This document shows, piece after piece, positions 63,359 through 64,000 of a stretch of DNA of 64,000 bases (the stretch's first letter is position 1; each line of letters starts with the position of its first letter). Source of the DNA: Takakia lepidozioides (taxonomy: Eukaryota; Plantae; Bryophyta); contig CM060734.1 of the NCBI GenBank assembly GCA_030704615.1, forward strand, positions 37,386,001-37,450,000. The letters are read 5' to 3'. Under the pieces are notes generated by a model, which saw only the letters and a list, made by a program, of their open reading frames with translations, did not search any database and was not told the DNA's origin. The position numbers and the translations under genes are program-made.

Positions 63359-64000
63359 GCAGCCAATGTCATAATCTTTGAAAAATAAAAACAAAAACAA
63401 AAATCTTTTGGTCATGTGGTGGCTTCGAGACTGTTTGCATTCATCTTATGACTCATACACAAAGTTTTTTTTTCCCATATTTTTTGTTTGAATATATGGA
63501 CTCTAGTCCCACTATACCAAATGAAAGTATTGTAAGAAACTCTGTAGCATATGCAACATTAGGGTCCAGGTTGGCAGTGTGATACTATCAAGGCACGGTC
63601 TGAATCGTGCATTCTATATAATTTCTTCATTCTTACATGTGATTCGTAGTTATCGTTGCATACTCATGTAGTCCCACTCGTTTGCTTATGTTCTTAATTG
63701 ATCTTGTTGTTGCACATAACGTTCATGTTGTTACATATCCGCCTCCCTTTGTTGCACCTCATTTAGATTGGAAATACGCTGTCTCATCTCTTGATAAGAT
63801 GCAAATATGGGGCAGTTGCAAGTACGCAGCCTCCTGAATGTATTCTTGTTGTTTGGAATCTTGCTTTCAGTCCTCTAATTTCTAATCTTCTGTCAAGAGC
63901 GTTTCATATCATCCCGAATGGCAGGTTCAACAACCCGTGTTATCCAATTATTACAAAGAGTACTCGTTGCCGTGACACTTCCAGAACTCAAGCTTTTCAT

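Overview
Land-plant nuclear DNA, intron-rich and about half transposon-derived. A CFAP91-like flagellar gene plus PLS/DYW PPR genes suggest a bryophyte-grade plant with motile sperm (inference). Host genes: the 5' nine exons of an intact copine/BONZAI gene (minus, running off the left edge), a shortened CFAP91/MAATS1-like gene, a basic LEA_1-like gene with ABRE boxes, a disrupted PLS-E-DYW RNA-editing PPR gene plus two PPR relics, a large WPP-domain-associated (WAP)-like coiled-coil gene, and an EamA/DMT transporter gene. Mobile DNA: two Ty1/copia relics, CACTA and PIF/Harbinger transposase pseudogenes, L1-like, Dualen/RandI-like and RTE/RTEX-like LINE fragments, three CAGTGTT-ended hAT-type MITEs, tRNA-derived SINEs and a tRNA-containing mini-LTR. 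Best observations: (1) LINE 3' ends share a two-hairpin signature with covarying stems, and two unrelated hAT MITEs both sit in the same 8-nt AAAATAAC hairpin loop. (2) A LINE apparently carried antisense, unspliced exons of an aldo-keto reductase gene into the DYW-PPR gene. (3) A tetraloop-rich 3' RNA element of a Dualen-like LINE retroposed on its own with a TSD. All calls come from reading the sequence by eye and from recalled family motifs; no database searches were run.
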